The translations under genes were made by a program, and so were the position numbers. The notes under the pieces are model-generated. The model saw only the letters and a program-made list of their open reading frames with translations. It was not told the DNA's origin and did no database searches. Shown piece after piece: positions 44,959-54,349 of a stretch of DNA of 64,000 nt. The stretch is from the IMG/VR virus record IMGVR_UViG_3300028902_000368; one strand, 5' to 3'. Each line of letters opens with the position of its first letter. Position 1 is the first letter of the stretch. The DNA comes from a virus.

Positions 44959-46551
44959 CTAGGTCCGTTCGCTGTAGTGGCCCGGGTCGCGGCCGAAGCA
45001 CGCCGCCCGCACCATCGCCGGCACCTTGCCCGTGTTGCGGACCTTCACGACGATGAACTGCCCGGGCTGCGCCGCGGTCCACTTCGTGCCCACCCCCACG
45101 GACTCGACGCCGTACGCCGTCCCCGGCACGACCCCGAGCCCGTCCGAGTCGAACATCGACTTGCCGCCCACCCGGACGTCCTCGACCACGATGTCGCTGA
45201 GCTGTTGGCAGTTCAGCAGGAAGCGCTCGTTCTGGAATGGCGCCTCGACCCGCACCCGCAACGACTCGACCCCACCGGGCGGCACCAGCGTCTCGGGGAA
45301 CTGCAGGGTCAGCGTGCGCTCGACCGCCCACGCGGACGGCGACTCCGGATCGATTCGCGAGAGCACCTTGCGCAGGCGCTTCGCCGCCTCCTTGACGTTC
45401 TCCGCCGTGATGTCGATGTCGAGGCCGCCGCCCTTGAGCACGATGTGGACGCGCTCCTTCTTGCGCGCCTTCTTCTGGTCACGCCGACGCGCCTCGTCGA
45501 CCAGCGCCTTCGTGAGCTCGAGGAGGTTGCCCTCCACACGCCCCACGGTCGCCGCCGTCGCCGTCGCCACCGCGTTCGAGAACACCCGCTCGTTGATGTC
45601 GCGGATGCGGCGACGCTGCTCGATCTCCTGGATCTTCTTCCACGCCTCCACCCGCTCTTCCTCCGTCCCCGAGAAGAGCTTCGCCCGGAGACCGTGCAAC
45701 TCCACCACGTCGGGGAGCGACTGCCCGAAGGTGTCCGACGGCGGGAAGGCCGCGGGCGGCGCGATGGGCGGCGGCGGGACGGCCGGGGTCGGCGGCACCG
45801 CCGGAGCCTCCGACGCTTGGGCGGGCTGCTCGGTCGCACGGGCGCCCTTGGCCCCCTTCTTCGTCGCGGTCTTCTTCGTGGTCTTCGCGGCCATCGTCTT
45901 CTCCTTCAGGCGTTCGTTCAACTGCTGATCCATGCGTTTGTTGTAGTCGTCCACCGACTCGACCGTGTGAGCCCCCTTCGGGTTTGGACATTGGAAGGGC
46001 GTGGCGAAGCTCGCGAAGGCCGCGCACCCGGTCCTGCGAATGACCTCTGCGCTGTCCTCGGCGGCCGCGCGGCTTGGACACATCATGTGGCGCCGCTGGC
46101 CATCCGGGCAGAGGATCATGTGAGGCACCGCCGGAGCCTCGCCTGGCGTCGCAGCACCCTTCTTCGTGGTCTTCACAGCCATCGTCGTCTTATCCTTCAT
46201 GTGTTCAACCAGTCGCTGATCCACGCGCTTGTTGTAGTCGTCCACCGACTCGACCTTGTGCGGACCCTTCGGATTGGGGCACATGCGCGGTTCGGTGCTA
46301 GAGAAGGCTGTGCACCCGACGCAGCTGCAGCGTAGAGCCTCCGCAACAGCCTCGGCCGCAGCGCGGCTGGGACATGTCGGGTGGCGACGCCGACCGTCCG
46401 GGCAGAGGATCATGTGAGGAACCTCGGCTGGCGATATCGTCACGCGCCAAGGCACCCCTTGGAAAGTGCCGGAGGTCGTCGTCGGGACGGGCGGGGGCGT
46501 GGGCCCTTGGCGTACAGCGCGTGCGTTCGTGACAGCGCACCTCTTGGCCAC
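44959..46551 (-). CDS. Multi-module protein: duplicated Cys/His module plus C-terminal copy of the 3518-4087 beta-domain (start uncertain)
   Basis: Two copies of VPHMILCPDG...CPNPKG.H.VESVDDYNKR; C-terminal TLTLQFPETLVP...ERF...VVEDVRVGGKSMF...VRNTG...RAACFG. Confidence 0.7.
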   Translation of the reverse strand: MAKRCAVTNARAVRQGPTPPPVPTTTSGTFQGVPWRVTISPAEVPHMILCPDGRRRHPTCPSRAAAEAVAEALRCSCVGCTAFSSTEPRMCPNPKGPHKVESVDDYNKRVDQRLVEHMKDKTTMAVKTTKKGAATPGEAPAVPHMILCPDGQRRHMMCPSRAAAEDSAEVIRRTGCAAFASFATPFQCPNPKGAHTVESVDDYNKRMDQQLNERLKEKTMAAKTTKKTATKKGAKGARATEQPAQASEAPAVPPTPAVPPPPIAPPAAFPPSDTFGQSLPDVVELHGLRAKLFSGTEEERVEAWKKIQEIEQRRRIRDINERVFSNAVATATAATVGRVEGNLLELTKALVDEARRRDQKKARKKERVHIVLKGGGLDIDITAENVKEAAKRLRKVLSRIDPESPSAWAVERTLTLQFPETLVPPGGVESLRVRVEAPFQNERFLLNCQQLSDIVVEDVRVGGKSMFDSDGLGVVPGTAYGVESVGVGTKWTAAQPGQFIVVKVRNTGKVPAMVRAACFGRDPGHYSERT

Positions 46552-46657
46552 CCTCGTCCTGCTCGGGAACGATGCCGACGAAGTGGCTCACACGCCGGAG
46601 CAACTCGATCATGTCGGGCCCGAGGACGTGGCGCTCGACGTACGGCCTCATCGCTCG

Positions 46658-47008
46658 TCACTCGCCCTTCTGGACCCACTGGAGGCCGAGAGCGCTGAGC
46701 ACGTAGGTGGGTGTGCCAGAAGGAACGGCCGTGCCCACAGCGACGATCAACTCGAGCGCTTTGATGGCACTGAACGCCATCAGCGCTTGCTTGTACGTCG
46801 CACCAGGGACCGTCCGCACGGTGCGTCCCATGATGTCGCTGACCACCATGCCATCCTTGGCCTCGTCGCGGAGAATCGTGAGCATCGCAAGGCAGAGCGG
46901 GTCGATGGCGGCGTTACGCTCGAGGTTGCGCCAACTGCGCATGTTCATAGCCACGCGCACCAAGGCCAGCACCGCCAAGACACCGATGCCGAAGATGACG
47001 TAGGTCAT
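46658..47008 (-). CDS. Membrane-anchored winged-helix-like protein
   Basis: N-terminal TM helix; GAGG RBS. Confidence 0.55.
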   Translation of the reverse strand: MTYVIFGIGVLAVLALVRVAMNMRSWRNLERNAAIDPLCLAMLTILRDEAKDGMVVSDIMGRTVRTVPGATYKQALMAFSAIKALELIVAVGTAVPSGTPTYVLSALGLQWVQKGE

Positions 47009-47229
47009 GGAGTCCTCAAACGCGCGATCGTGTTGAACAGTTCGGAGGGCGGCGCGGTCCCCTCCTCGACCAGCTTGGCCACCGACACCACGTCGGCCGC
47101 CACCTCGAGCCAGCTGTGCACCTTCGTGAGCGCTGCCCATGCAGCATGGCGCTCGGAGGGGGTGGCGTCGCTACACACCCCCGCCGACACCTGGTCGCAG
47201 AGCGTCTCGATCGATTCCGCGTCGATCAC
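47005..47229 (-). CDS. Hypothetical protein
   Basis: Abuts neighbours. Confidence 0.5.
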   Translation of the reverse strand: MIDAESIETLCDQVSAGVCSDATPSERHAAWAALTKVHSWLEVAADVVSVAKLVEEGTAPPSELFNTIARLRTP

Positions 47230-47736
47230 TCAGCCGCCGCTGCCGAGCAGAGCGCCACGGAAGAGCACCGGGCCCTCGTTGTTGTTCTCGATCTCGAGGA
47301 CGATCTCCGCGCGCTTGGCGACGCGCTCGAAGTGCAGTTCCGTGACGGGGCCCTTCCAACCATCCCAGCTCTCCATGAAGCGCTCGATCGAGTACGCCTC
47401 CTCGAGCTTCGCCGGGCTCGCCGACTTGAGGATGACGTTCTTCGCCGCCTCGTCCGGCGGCGCGCCGAGCACCAACTCCTTGCCGTCCACGATCAGCCTC
47501 TGCGGCAGGATGGACAGCTCGGGGCTGAGTACCAGCCGCCAAGACGCCGGGGCCACCTTCAAGATGTCGGGCATAGGCCTCAGCGTCGCGAGCGCGGGCG
47601 CCGTCGGGTGGCGCTCGCGATACGCTCGGAGGAACGGCTCGGTGAGCGCCGAGTTGCGCCCGGCGACGATGGTCTCGGGGATCGGCAGGAGGAGCGGGCG
47701 GTGGTCAGCGATGGGCGTGGTGTTGGGATTCATCAT
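47230..47736 (-). CDS. Divergent paralogue of the 3518-4087 beta-domain
   Basis: PLLLPIPETIV...IVLEIENNNEGPVLFRGALLG. Confidence 0.5.
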   Translation of the reverse strand: MMNPNTTPIADHRPLLLPIPETIVAGRNSALTEPFLRAYRERHPTAPALATLRPMPDILKVAPASWRLVLSPELSILPQRLIVDGKELVLGAPPDEAAKNVILKSASPAKLEEAYSIERFMESWDGWKGPVTELHFERVAKRAEIVLEIENNNEGPVLFRGALLGSGG

Positions 47737-47744
47737 GTGGCCCA

Positions 47745-47772
47745 GTGTTACCCATACTCGGACCATCGTCAA
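47745..47772 (-). promoter_or_regulatory. Sigma70-like promoter with embedded motif
   Basis: TTGACG-ATGGTCCGAGTATGGG-TAACAC. Confidence 0.55.
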
Positions 47773-47789
47773 GGGACAGGGAGACCGCG

Positions 47790-48752
47790 TTAGCCGCTGG
47801 TCCCTCCCAGCATCCGCGCACCCAAGGCCCGCAGGTAGTCTCGTCCGAAGCGGCCGTCCTCGATCTGTTCGACCATCCACGGCTCGAGGGGCATCCCGGT
47901 GAGCGCCAAGATCCCACACGACAGCGCTCCCACCGTGTCGGTGTCCCCGCCTTGCTTGATGGTGAGCTCGATGGCGTGGCGGACGCTCTGCGCCTCGTGG
48001 ACGACGCGCAGGACCGCCCGAACCGTCAGCCACGCCAGGCTGTCGCTGTCGGCGCCTCCGCCCTCGACGCGACCGTAGTAGGGTTCGCAGAGCCACCGGA
48101 GCGGGTCGGGCACCTGACCGAACCTGCGCGTGTCGCCCGTAACCATGAGCATCCTGCGACGCAGCTCACCGGCGAACGTGGTTCGGTCCATGCCAGCCTT
48201 CGCCATCGACGCCAGCATCGCCACGGCCATGGACGACCAGCAACCGCTGAGGCTGTCGTGGGTGAGCTTGGCCCCGAGTTGCGCATGCACCGCCGTCGCG
48301 TCGACGGCATAGCCCAAGAGCCCGTAGGGGATGGCGCGCATCGCCGCTCCGTTCTTCTCCGAGTTGTTGCGGCCGTAGAGGCGGGTCATCAGCTCCTGCC
48401 CATCCGACACGGTCGCCAGAACGGACTGGAATCCCCGCGCGTACCCCGGGCGGCGATCGCGGTTGAAGACGCGCACGACCGCGTTCGCGAGGCCAGGGAT
48501 GCTCATCTGCGCCTCGAGCAGCGACTCCACCACGGCGATCGTCATCTGCGTGTCGTCGGTGTACCGGCCCGGCGGCAGTTCGAGGGCCGTCGACCCCACG
48601 AACCGACCCACGTCCAGTGTCGTGAGCGTCTTCACCACGATCGGGTCGTCCGGCTTCACGAACTCGGTCGAGATGCAGGCCGCGTCCCCCACGGCCATCG
48701 CCAAGAGCCAGTCCTCGCGGGCCGCCCGATGCGGATCGTCGGGCGGCTTCAC
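47790..48752 (-). CDS. ADP-ribosylglycohydrolase (DraG/ARH family)
   Basis: AVGDA, YTDDTQMT, NGAAMR, THD and GGDTDTVGA. Confidence 0.92.
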   Translation of the reverse strand: MKPPDDPHRAAREDWLLAMAVGDAACISTEFVKPDDPIVVKTLTTLDVGRFVGSTALELPPGRYTDDTQMTIAVVESLLEAQMSIPGLANAVVRVFNRDRRPGYARGFQSVLATVSDGQELMTRLYGRNNSEKNGAAMRAIPYGLLGYAVDATAVHAQLGAKLTHDSLSGCWSSMAVAMLASMAKAGMDRTTFAGELRRRMLMVTGDTRRFGQVPDPLRWLCEPYYGRVEGGGADSDSLAWLTVRAVLRVVHEAQSVRHAIELTIKQGGDTDTVGALSCGILALTGMPLEPWMVEQIEDGRFGRDYLRALGARMLGGTSG

Positions 48753-48943
48753 GGCTCACCGCCGCGCAAGATCCGCAGGCCGACGCTCGGCAGCATCTGC
48801 CGGTACATGACCTCGCCGACGATCTTGCGGCCGTAGTCGCGCCGACCGACCTCGTCCGCAGCGTGCACCTCGTCGTAGGTGCCGATGAGCGTGATCTCGA
48901 GCACCTGCATCAGCGCGTCCACCTCACTGTCGGGCATCGACAT
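48749..48943 (-). CDS. Hypothetical protein
   Basis: GTGA overlap; GGAGG RBS. Confidence 0.55.
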   Translation of the reverse strand: MSMPDSEVDALMQVLEITLIGTYDEVHAADEVGRRDYGRKIVGEVMYRQMLPSVGLRILRGGEP

Positions 48944-49310
48944 CGGCGCCTCCCTTCCTGCGCGCGAGCTGCCGCCGGATGTTCTCCACCTCGACGGGAT
49001 GCGCCTTGCGCCACTTGCCCCACGAGGCATCGGCCAGCTTGTGACGCAGCCACTCGTCGACGTCCGCCTTCGGCTTGAAGGCCGCCCGCCCGCTGGAGCA
49101 CCGCGCGCACACGCCCGTGACGCGAAGATGCTCGCCGCAGAAGAAGAGACCGCAGCCGTTGTTCCACTTCCCTTCCGTCTGCAACCCGCCGCACATGTGG
49201 CCGAGGCCACGATCGATCGGCTTCTTGCAGCCTGGGTGGTCACACACCGCGGGCACGCCGTAGCCGATGTCGCGCTTCGTGTTGCTGTCGAACCCGATGC
49301 TATACCCCAT
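48924..49310 (-). CDS. Cys-rich conserved phage protein
   Basis: RDIGYGVPAVCDHPGC...IDRGL...GCGLFFC..H. Confidence 0.7.
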   Translation of the reverse strand: MGYSIGFDSNTKRDIGYGVPAVCDHPGCKKPIDRGLGHMCGGLQTEGKWNNGCGLFFCGEHLRVTGVCARCSSGRAAFKPKADVDEWLRHKLADASWGKWRKAHPVEVENIRRQLARRKGGADVDARQ

Positions 49311-49683
49311 GCTCTGCCTCCTTTGTGGCTGGCGTCGCCTCCCGCTCGCGGGTGCGACGACGTTGCTTGTGCATGTCGAACCTCGCCACCCCCATCCGCG
49401 TCGGCGCCTTCTTTCGGCGCCAGACCATGTTGGCGGCGTCCGAGAGGTTGCGAGCGAGCACGAACGCGCGGTCGGGCGACAGGGCGACGGTCTCTTGGTG
49501 CCCGTTCTCCACATCGACCACCAAGATCGCGCGCGCGCCGCGGGTGATGATGTGCACGTTGTCGGACTTGTCCGCTGCCGCGTCGTTGCGGCGACTCAGC
49601 CAGAGCCCGAAGGCAAGCAACCCTGCCGCGGTTCCCACGGCGGTCAGGATCATGCCGAGCACAAACTGGTGGATCGTGATCAC
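49300..49683 (-). CDS. Membrane-anchored hypothetical protein
   Basis: N-terminal TM helix; GTGA overlap. Confidence 0.55.
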   Translation of the reverse strand: MITIHQFVLGMILTAVGTAAGLLAFGLWLSRRNDAAADKSDNVHIITRGARAILVVDVENGHQETVALSPDRAFVLARNLSDAANMVWRRKKAPTRMGVARFDMHKQRRRTREREATPATKEAEHGV

Positions 49684-50234
49684 TTGGCCGCGTCCAGGAT
49701 CTTCTTGAGCGCGAGGTCGCCGATGGCCGCTCGCACCTTGCCGAAGTCGGCCTCGAGTCGGTGGTGCGCAGCGTCTTGCTGCTCGTGGCCTTCTCGCACC
49801 TGCGCGAGTTCCTCGCGAACGGCCTCCACCTCTTTCATGCGGTCGGCTGCCGCGCGGGCGGTGCTCTCGAGTCGGTCGCTCAAGACCTTCTCGGCACGCT
49901 GCAACCGCTCGACCTCGTACTTCAACTTGCTCTTCTCGTCGGTCGCCTCTCGGAGGCTCGTCTTCAAGGTCTCCATCAGCTCGTCGCGGCCGCCACGACC
50001 GATGATGAAGCGGGGCTCTTGGACGAACGTGTCGTGCCACACCCCCGCGATGGAGAGCTGACGCATCATGGGTTCGCTGTACGTCGCCAGCACGCGCCAC
50101 CCTGCGTGTGCGAGCGCCGACCCGAGAAAGCCGATGAGGTCGTTCTGGCTGATGATGCGGTACTCTGCTGCCTGAACCGTCGTCGGCAGGATCGTTCCGC
50201 AGGCGGAGCACGCGGGCATCTGTTCGGTGGTCAT
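49680..50234 (-). CDS. Coiled-coil hypothetical protein
   Basis: CSACG, then heptad repeats. Confidence 0.65.
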   Translation of the reverse strand: MTTEQMPACSACGTILPTTVQAAEYRIISQNDLIGFLGSALAHAGWRVLATYSEPMMRQLSIAGVWHDTFVQEPRFIIGRGGRDELMETLKTSLREATDEKSKLKYEVERLQRAEKVLSDRLESTARAAADRMKEVEAVREELAQVREGHEQQDAAHHRLEADFGKVRAAIGDLALKKILDAAK

Positions 50235-50920
50235 CGGTCTTCCTTCTTCTGTTGCTGGACCGGGCGGTGGTCATCGACCGCGGGGTGCCGGAACCATTCC
50301 TTGTCGTCCAAGACTCTCTCGTCCGGGGCGTGGGTGACCAGGCTCCACGGGGGCCGACCGGGGGCGGGCGGGCTAGCTCCATGGAGCTGGTAGGGCAGCT
50401 GGGTGCCTGCGAAGCGCTCCTCCGACAGGGCCACCACGTAGATGGCGTAACCCTCCCCGTCACGGGCCGTGACGCCCGCCACCCCCTGGCCGCGCGTCTG
50501 GTCGTGCAGACCTGCCAGGGCCGTCTGGATGGCCTCCGCGAGCCGCAGCAGCCCCTTCCGGTCGCCGACGATGTAGGCGTCGTCGTGGTTGCCGTGCTGC
50601 CCGTGGAGGTGCACCTGCGGCGGCGTGTTCTCGGCCAGACCTCGGGCGCGACAGGCCTCGCAGTGGGCGTAGTGGTTGTTGGTCGTGGGGCTGGGCAGGT
50701 CGCGCTCCCACTCCGCCCAGTTCGCCAGCCGCGACTTGACCCGGCTGTGCCACGACGGGGCGAGGGGAGGCACGCAGTCCATCGCCGCCACGCGCTTGTA
50801 CTCGGCCCGAGCCTCGGCCAGGGTCTCGTTCCCCACGAGGTCGAGCCCGAGCGCGACCAAGCACGCGCGCTCGTAGGCGATCTCCCGCTGGATGTACTCG
50901 TCGGTCAGGGGCTCGCTCAT
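50231..50920 (-). CDS. Hypothetical protein
   Basis: ATGA overlaps. Confidence 0.6.
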   Translation of the reverse strand: MSEPLTDEYIQREIAYERACLVALGLDLVGNETLAEARAEYKRVAAMDCVPPLAPSWHSRVKSRLANWAEWERDLPSPTTNNHYAHCEACRARGLAENTPPQVHLHGQHGNHDDAYIVGDRKGLLRLAEAIQTALAGLHDQTRGQGVAGVTARDGEGYAIYVVALSEERFAGTQLPYQLHGASPPAPGRPPWSLVTHAPDERVLDDKEWFRHPAVDDHRPVQQQKKEDR

Positions 50921-51411
50921 TCCGCCACCCACCGCATGCGAGGACGCCAAGACGACACCCGGCTCGGGTGGACGATCTCCGCGTGAAGCCACCCCTCCTC
51001 CGCGGGCATCTCGTTGACGTGGTCGTCGACCAGGTACTTCCACCCATCGATCTGCACCACCGACTCGCCCTTCTCCTCACAGAGTCGGACCAGCTCGGCC
51101 TCGGCACTAGACCCCGGCGCGACCGGCAAGAGGTACACGAACCTGATCGTGAGCCCTGATGGGTTCATGAACGTCCGCTTGCTCGGCACCACCTCCACCG
51201 TCTGGACGTAGATGCGCCGGATCTCGCTGTTCTTGGCAGGGGTGTAGACCAAGACAAGGCCCGGACGGATGGACTGCGCCCATCCTCCGGTCGCGCGCGC
51301 GCCCGAGTTCATCATGAGGCGGCGCAGGACGAGGATGACGACCACCGCCGCGAGGACACCGATGCTCACGCCGGTCGGAATGTGGAGGGGGGAGGTCATG
51401 GGTAGGCTCAC
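50917..51411 (-). CDS. Membrane-anchored hypothetical protein
   Basis: VSIGVLAAVVVILVLRR. Confidence 0.6.
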   Translation of the reverse strand: MSLPMTSPLHIPTGVSIGVLAAVVVILVLRRLMMNSGARATGGWAQSIRPGLVLVYTPAKNSEIRRIYVQTVEVVPSKRTFMNPSGLTIRFVYLLPVAPGSSAEAELVRLCEEKGESVVQIDGWKYLVDDHVNEMPAEEGWLHAEIVHPSRVSSWRPRMRWVAE

Positions 51412-51620
51412 TTGTCGCTGAAGTAGTCGGTGTCCCGCTCGCCGCGGAGGATCCGCACCTTGATGGGTCCCGAAGGGGGCGGGAGGCTCTTGAGCAGACC
51501 CGAGACGATCGCTCGCGCCTTATCGCTGCACGTCGGCCACACCTCGACGGCAGCGATCGAGGCTGCTTCCTCCATCGTCGGAGGCACCGGGATCGTCTCG
51601 CTCTTCGTCGACTCGCTCAT
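51408..51620 (-). CDS. Hypothetical protein
   Basis: Overlaps neighbours. Confidence 0.55.
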   Translation of the reverse strand: MSESTKSETIPVPPTMEEAASIAAVEVWPTCSDKARAIVSGLLKSLPPPSGPIKVRILRGERDTDYFSDK

Positions 51621-51862
51621 CTTTCGGTCTCCGCTTTGTGGGCTGCCGCGCGCACCTTCTCACTCATGGCCGAGATGGCGTTGGCGGCCGCGTGACGGAC
51701 AACCGGGGGTCCAGCGTCCGCCCTCACCTCCTTGGCGACGTTCTCGAGGTAGAGCGCAATGTCGTTCATGTGGGCGTACGCGACGCCGTCGATGAGTTTG
51801 ACGCGAACGCTCATGCCCGTCTCGATCTTCGTTGACGCGCCCGCGGGAGGGGGGGAGGTCAT
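51617..51862 (-). CDS. Hypothetical protein
   Basis: ATGA overlap. Confidence 0.55.
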   Translation of the reverse strand: MTSPPPAGASTKIETGMSVRVKLIDGVAYAHMNDIALYLENVAKEVRADAGPPVVRHAAANAISAMSEKVRAAAHKAETER

Positions 51863-52176
51863 GCGCCCTCGAACTCCTTCACAAACTCGAGCAGAGCCAT
51901 CTTCTCGTCCAACAGGCCCTCGATCTTCTCGGCCCGGATCCAGATCGCTTCGTGCCGCACGGGGAGACCCGACAGCACGTCGATCCGCACCTCTTGGGGC
52001 ACCTCGGTGGCGGTCAGCGGGCCGCTCGGGAGCCGCCCGAGCGTCCGCAGCTGGACCCCCAACGGGGTCGCCGCGTCCTCGTCCTCGGGATGCTCGGTCG
52101 ACAGCGCGGTCGTCTTCACGAGTTCGCAGCCGCGGATCTTGACGGTCATGCGCACGTGGATCGGGTTGGTCAGCAC
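51859..52176 (-). CDS. Hypothetical protein
   Basis: AAGGTG RBS before GTG. Confidence 0.55.
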   Translation of the reverse strand: MLTNPIHVRMTVKIRGCELVKTTALSTEHPEDEDAATPLGVQLRTLGRLPSGPLTATEVPQEVRIDVLSGLPVRHEAIWIRAEKIEGLLDEKMALLEFVKEFEGA

Positions 52177-52559
52177 TGGATCACCTTCTTTCGTGGGAGC
52201 AGAGCGTGGAGCCGCAGAGTCGCCGCTTCGTCCTGCGCCGCCTTGTACCGCGCCGCCAGCAGCACGTTCTGCTCCACCGTCGCCTTGATGAGGCGGTCGG
52301 TCTGTTCGATGTTGCGCTGCACCTTCGCCATCCTCTTGTGCCTCCGCGCGGACCGACGCTCGAAGTCCCTGAACTCTTCCCGCATGCGTTCGGCCTCTCG
52401 CCACAGACGCGCCACCTCCATACCCTTCGGGAACAGTTCCCCGAGCGCGCGCAGTGCTCCCCCCAGGGTGGCGGCCTCGACCCGCGCGAGCGGGCGCTCG
52501 ATCACCTTCGGCCCCTCGCGGGCCGACCACCAGACGAGGCGTGCCAGACCGCGTTTCAC
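52170..52559 (-). CDS. Hypothetical protein
   Basis: GTGA overlap; helical. Confidence 0.55.
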   Translation of the reverse strand: MKRGLARLVWWSAREGPKVIERPLARVEAATLGGALRALGELFPKGMEVARLWREAERMREEFRDFERRSARRHKRMAKVQRNIEQTDRLIKATVEQNVLLAARYKAAQDEAATLRLHALLPRKKVIQC

Positions 52560-53398
52560 AGCCCGGCCCGCTTCATCAGCGTCTCGAACGCTTGGACGGT
52601 GGCCTTGGCTCGCTCCATGTCGAACCAGTCGTCCGTGCGGAGGCTGGTCTCCATGTCGATCCAGAAGCCCGGCTTGGACAGCGCCAGGATCTTCGGCATG
52701 TGGAAGGCCAGGTTCTCGAGGCTCAGCCCACCCGCGAACCCCACCGGAGCCTTCACGTCAGGCGCCTCCCAGTGCTCGGGCTCCACCCCTCGGCCACCCG
52801 AGGCGTCCACCAAGAGCGCCGTGTTGGGGAAGTGCGTGCGTCCCGCCGCGTCGTCCCAGGACCTGTTCGCGTCCGGGCGGCTCCACTGCGTGATGACGGT
52901 GCGCCGGAACAGGCCGGTCGCCCGCGCGACGTGGAGTGCGCTGACCCGGCCGTTGATCTGCACACGGGTCGCGTACTGACGGATGGCATCGCGCATCGTG
53001 GCGTGCGACACGTCGGAGCGGTCGTCCGTCTCTAGACCGAGGAAGGCCTTGGTCGCAGCCGCGCCACAGACGTGCACGGCGCAGCGCATCGGCAGGCGCT
53101 CGAGCGCGGTGCAGACCGCCGACCGCCGCATGTACCGCGGCTCGTCGCGCGAGTCCGACCAGAGGATCCCCAGCTCCACGCTCAGGTGCTCGTCCAGCAG
53201 ACGGCGCGCCTGCCACCAGAGCACCTTGCTGTCGATGCCGGTCAGCGTGATGACCGGCTGCTCGTTGCCGAGGTAGAGCTTGGCCGCGTCCTTCCGGTCC
53301 AACCGCGTCGCGCGCAACTCGCGCAGCATGTTGGCGAGGCGCTCGTTTCCGGCTCGCTCCGCGTGTTCCAGCTCCCGGTCGATGTCGTCCGCTGCCAT
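52556..53398 (-). CDS. TrpF (phosphoribosylanthranilate isomerase)-like TIM-barrel protein
   Basis: LLVDASGGRG...VGFAGGLSLEN...FWIDMETSLRTDDWFD. Confidence 0.65.
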   Translation of the reverse strand: MAADDIDRELEHAERAGNERLANMLRELRATRLDRKDAAKLYLGNEQPVITLTGIDSKVLWWQARRLLDEHLSVELGILWSDSRDEPRYMRRSAVCTALERLPMRCAVHVCGAAATKAFLGLETDDRSDVSHATMRDAIRQYATRVQINGRVSALHVARATGLFRRTVITQWSRPDANRSWDDAAGRTHFPNTALLVDASGGRGVEPEHWEAPDVKAPVGFAGGLSLENLAFHMPKILALSKPGFWIDMETSLRTDDWFDMERAKATVQAFETLMKRAGL

Positions 53399-53404
53399 GG
53401 CCCG

Positions 53405-53433
53405 ATTATACCCCTGCGCGGGCCATACGTCAA
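53405..53433 (-). promoter_or_regulatory. Near-consensus sigma70 promoter
   Basis: TTGACG-N17-TATAAT. Confidence 0.75.
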
Positions 53434-53624
53434 AGCGCCTGCAACCGCGCCTTGGCGATCCGAGACAGCGCACGCTTCACGGCGACGCGCTTCCACTCCG
53501 GGCTCTTCTTGCCCAGGTCGCGCAGCATCTTGAGCAGCTCCGGCTCGGTCGCCGCCGCGCACCGCGCCAAGAACTCGCGGTCGGCCTCACGCTTGCGCGC
53601 CTCGCGCGCGCCACCGTAGCTCAC
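53430..53624 (-). CDS. Small basic protein
   Basis: GTGA overlap. Confidence 0.55.
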   Translation of the reverse strand: MSYGGAREARKREADREFLARCAAATEPELLKMLRDLGKKSPEWKRVAVKRALSRIAKARLQAL

Positions 53625-54028
53625 GATCGCTCAGCCACCTCGATGATCGCCCCGTACACTTGCACGTGGTTGCCGATGAGGTTGCGCAGCACGATCTTGA
53701 TGTCCTTGCCGACGTGATCGCGAATCAGGTACGGCGGGCGACCCAGAACCATCGCTAGGTCGGTTGCTGCGGTGGTCAGCAGCAACGGTGCGTACTGCTC
53801 GAGGCTCCGGTCGTCGGCTACGAGCGTCCCCGGTACCTTCACCGCGCACAGCGTGTCTCCCACGTACAGTTCCTCGATCAGGATGTACTTGGCCGACCAG
53901 CTCGCCAGCGTGAACTGCAACGGCGCCGTGACGTCGCGTCGGTTGCCTGCCGCGAACGTCCACTCGGTCGCGGAACTCGGGTTGATGGCACGCTCGAACC
54001 CCTCGGCGTACGTGGTCTTGCCGCTCAT
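53621..54028 (-). CDS. Possible divergent paralogue of the 3518-4087 beta-domain
   Basis: ILIEELYVG...VPG...GKDIKIVLRNLIGNHVQVYGAII. Confidence 0.45.
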   Translation of the reverse strand: MSGKTTYAEGFERAINPSSATEWTFAAGNRRDVTAPLQFTLASWSAKYILIEELYVGDTLCAVKVPGTLVADDRSLEQYAPLLLTTAATDLAMVLGRPPYLIRDHVGKDIKIVLRNLIGNHVQVYGAIIEVAERS

Positions 54029-54276
54029 GCTCCGTCCTCCGGCTTGGGCACACACAACAGGAAGTGGCGGTTGCAGCGGAACTGCCACGGCGGCCAGTAC
54101 GGCGTGTAGGCGGACACGATGGGATCGTTCTCGATGCGGTTCGCGAAGTCGAGGCCGATCTTCAGGCTGAACCAGAAGACTTCGCCGTCGATCTTGAGCT
54201 GCACCCGGACCGGGAGGTCGAGCCCGATCTGCTGCTTCTCCATCCAAGCCTGAACCTTCATCCGCTCTTGATCCAT
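54025..54276 (-). CDS. Hypothetical protein
   Basis: ATGA overlap. Confidence 0.55.
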   Translation of the reverse strand: MDQERMKVQAWMEKQQIGLDLPVRVQLKIDGEVFWFSLKIGLDFANRIENDPIVSAYTPYWPPWQFRCNRHFLLCVPKPEDGA

Positions 54277-54278
54277 CG

Positions 54279-54349
54279 TGCGAGTCCGGGGAGTCGAACC
54301 CCGAGCAGTCTTCGCGTCAGGAAGACCAGGTACCGTACCGTCGACTCGC
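54279..54349 (-). tRNA. tRNA-Val(GAC)
   Basis: Loop CTGACGC; TTCGACT T-loop; atypical D arm. Confidence 0.75.
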
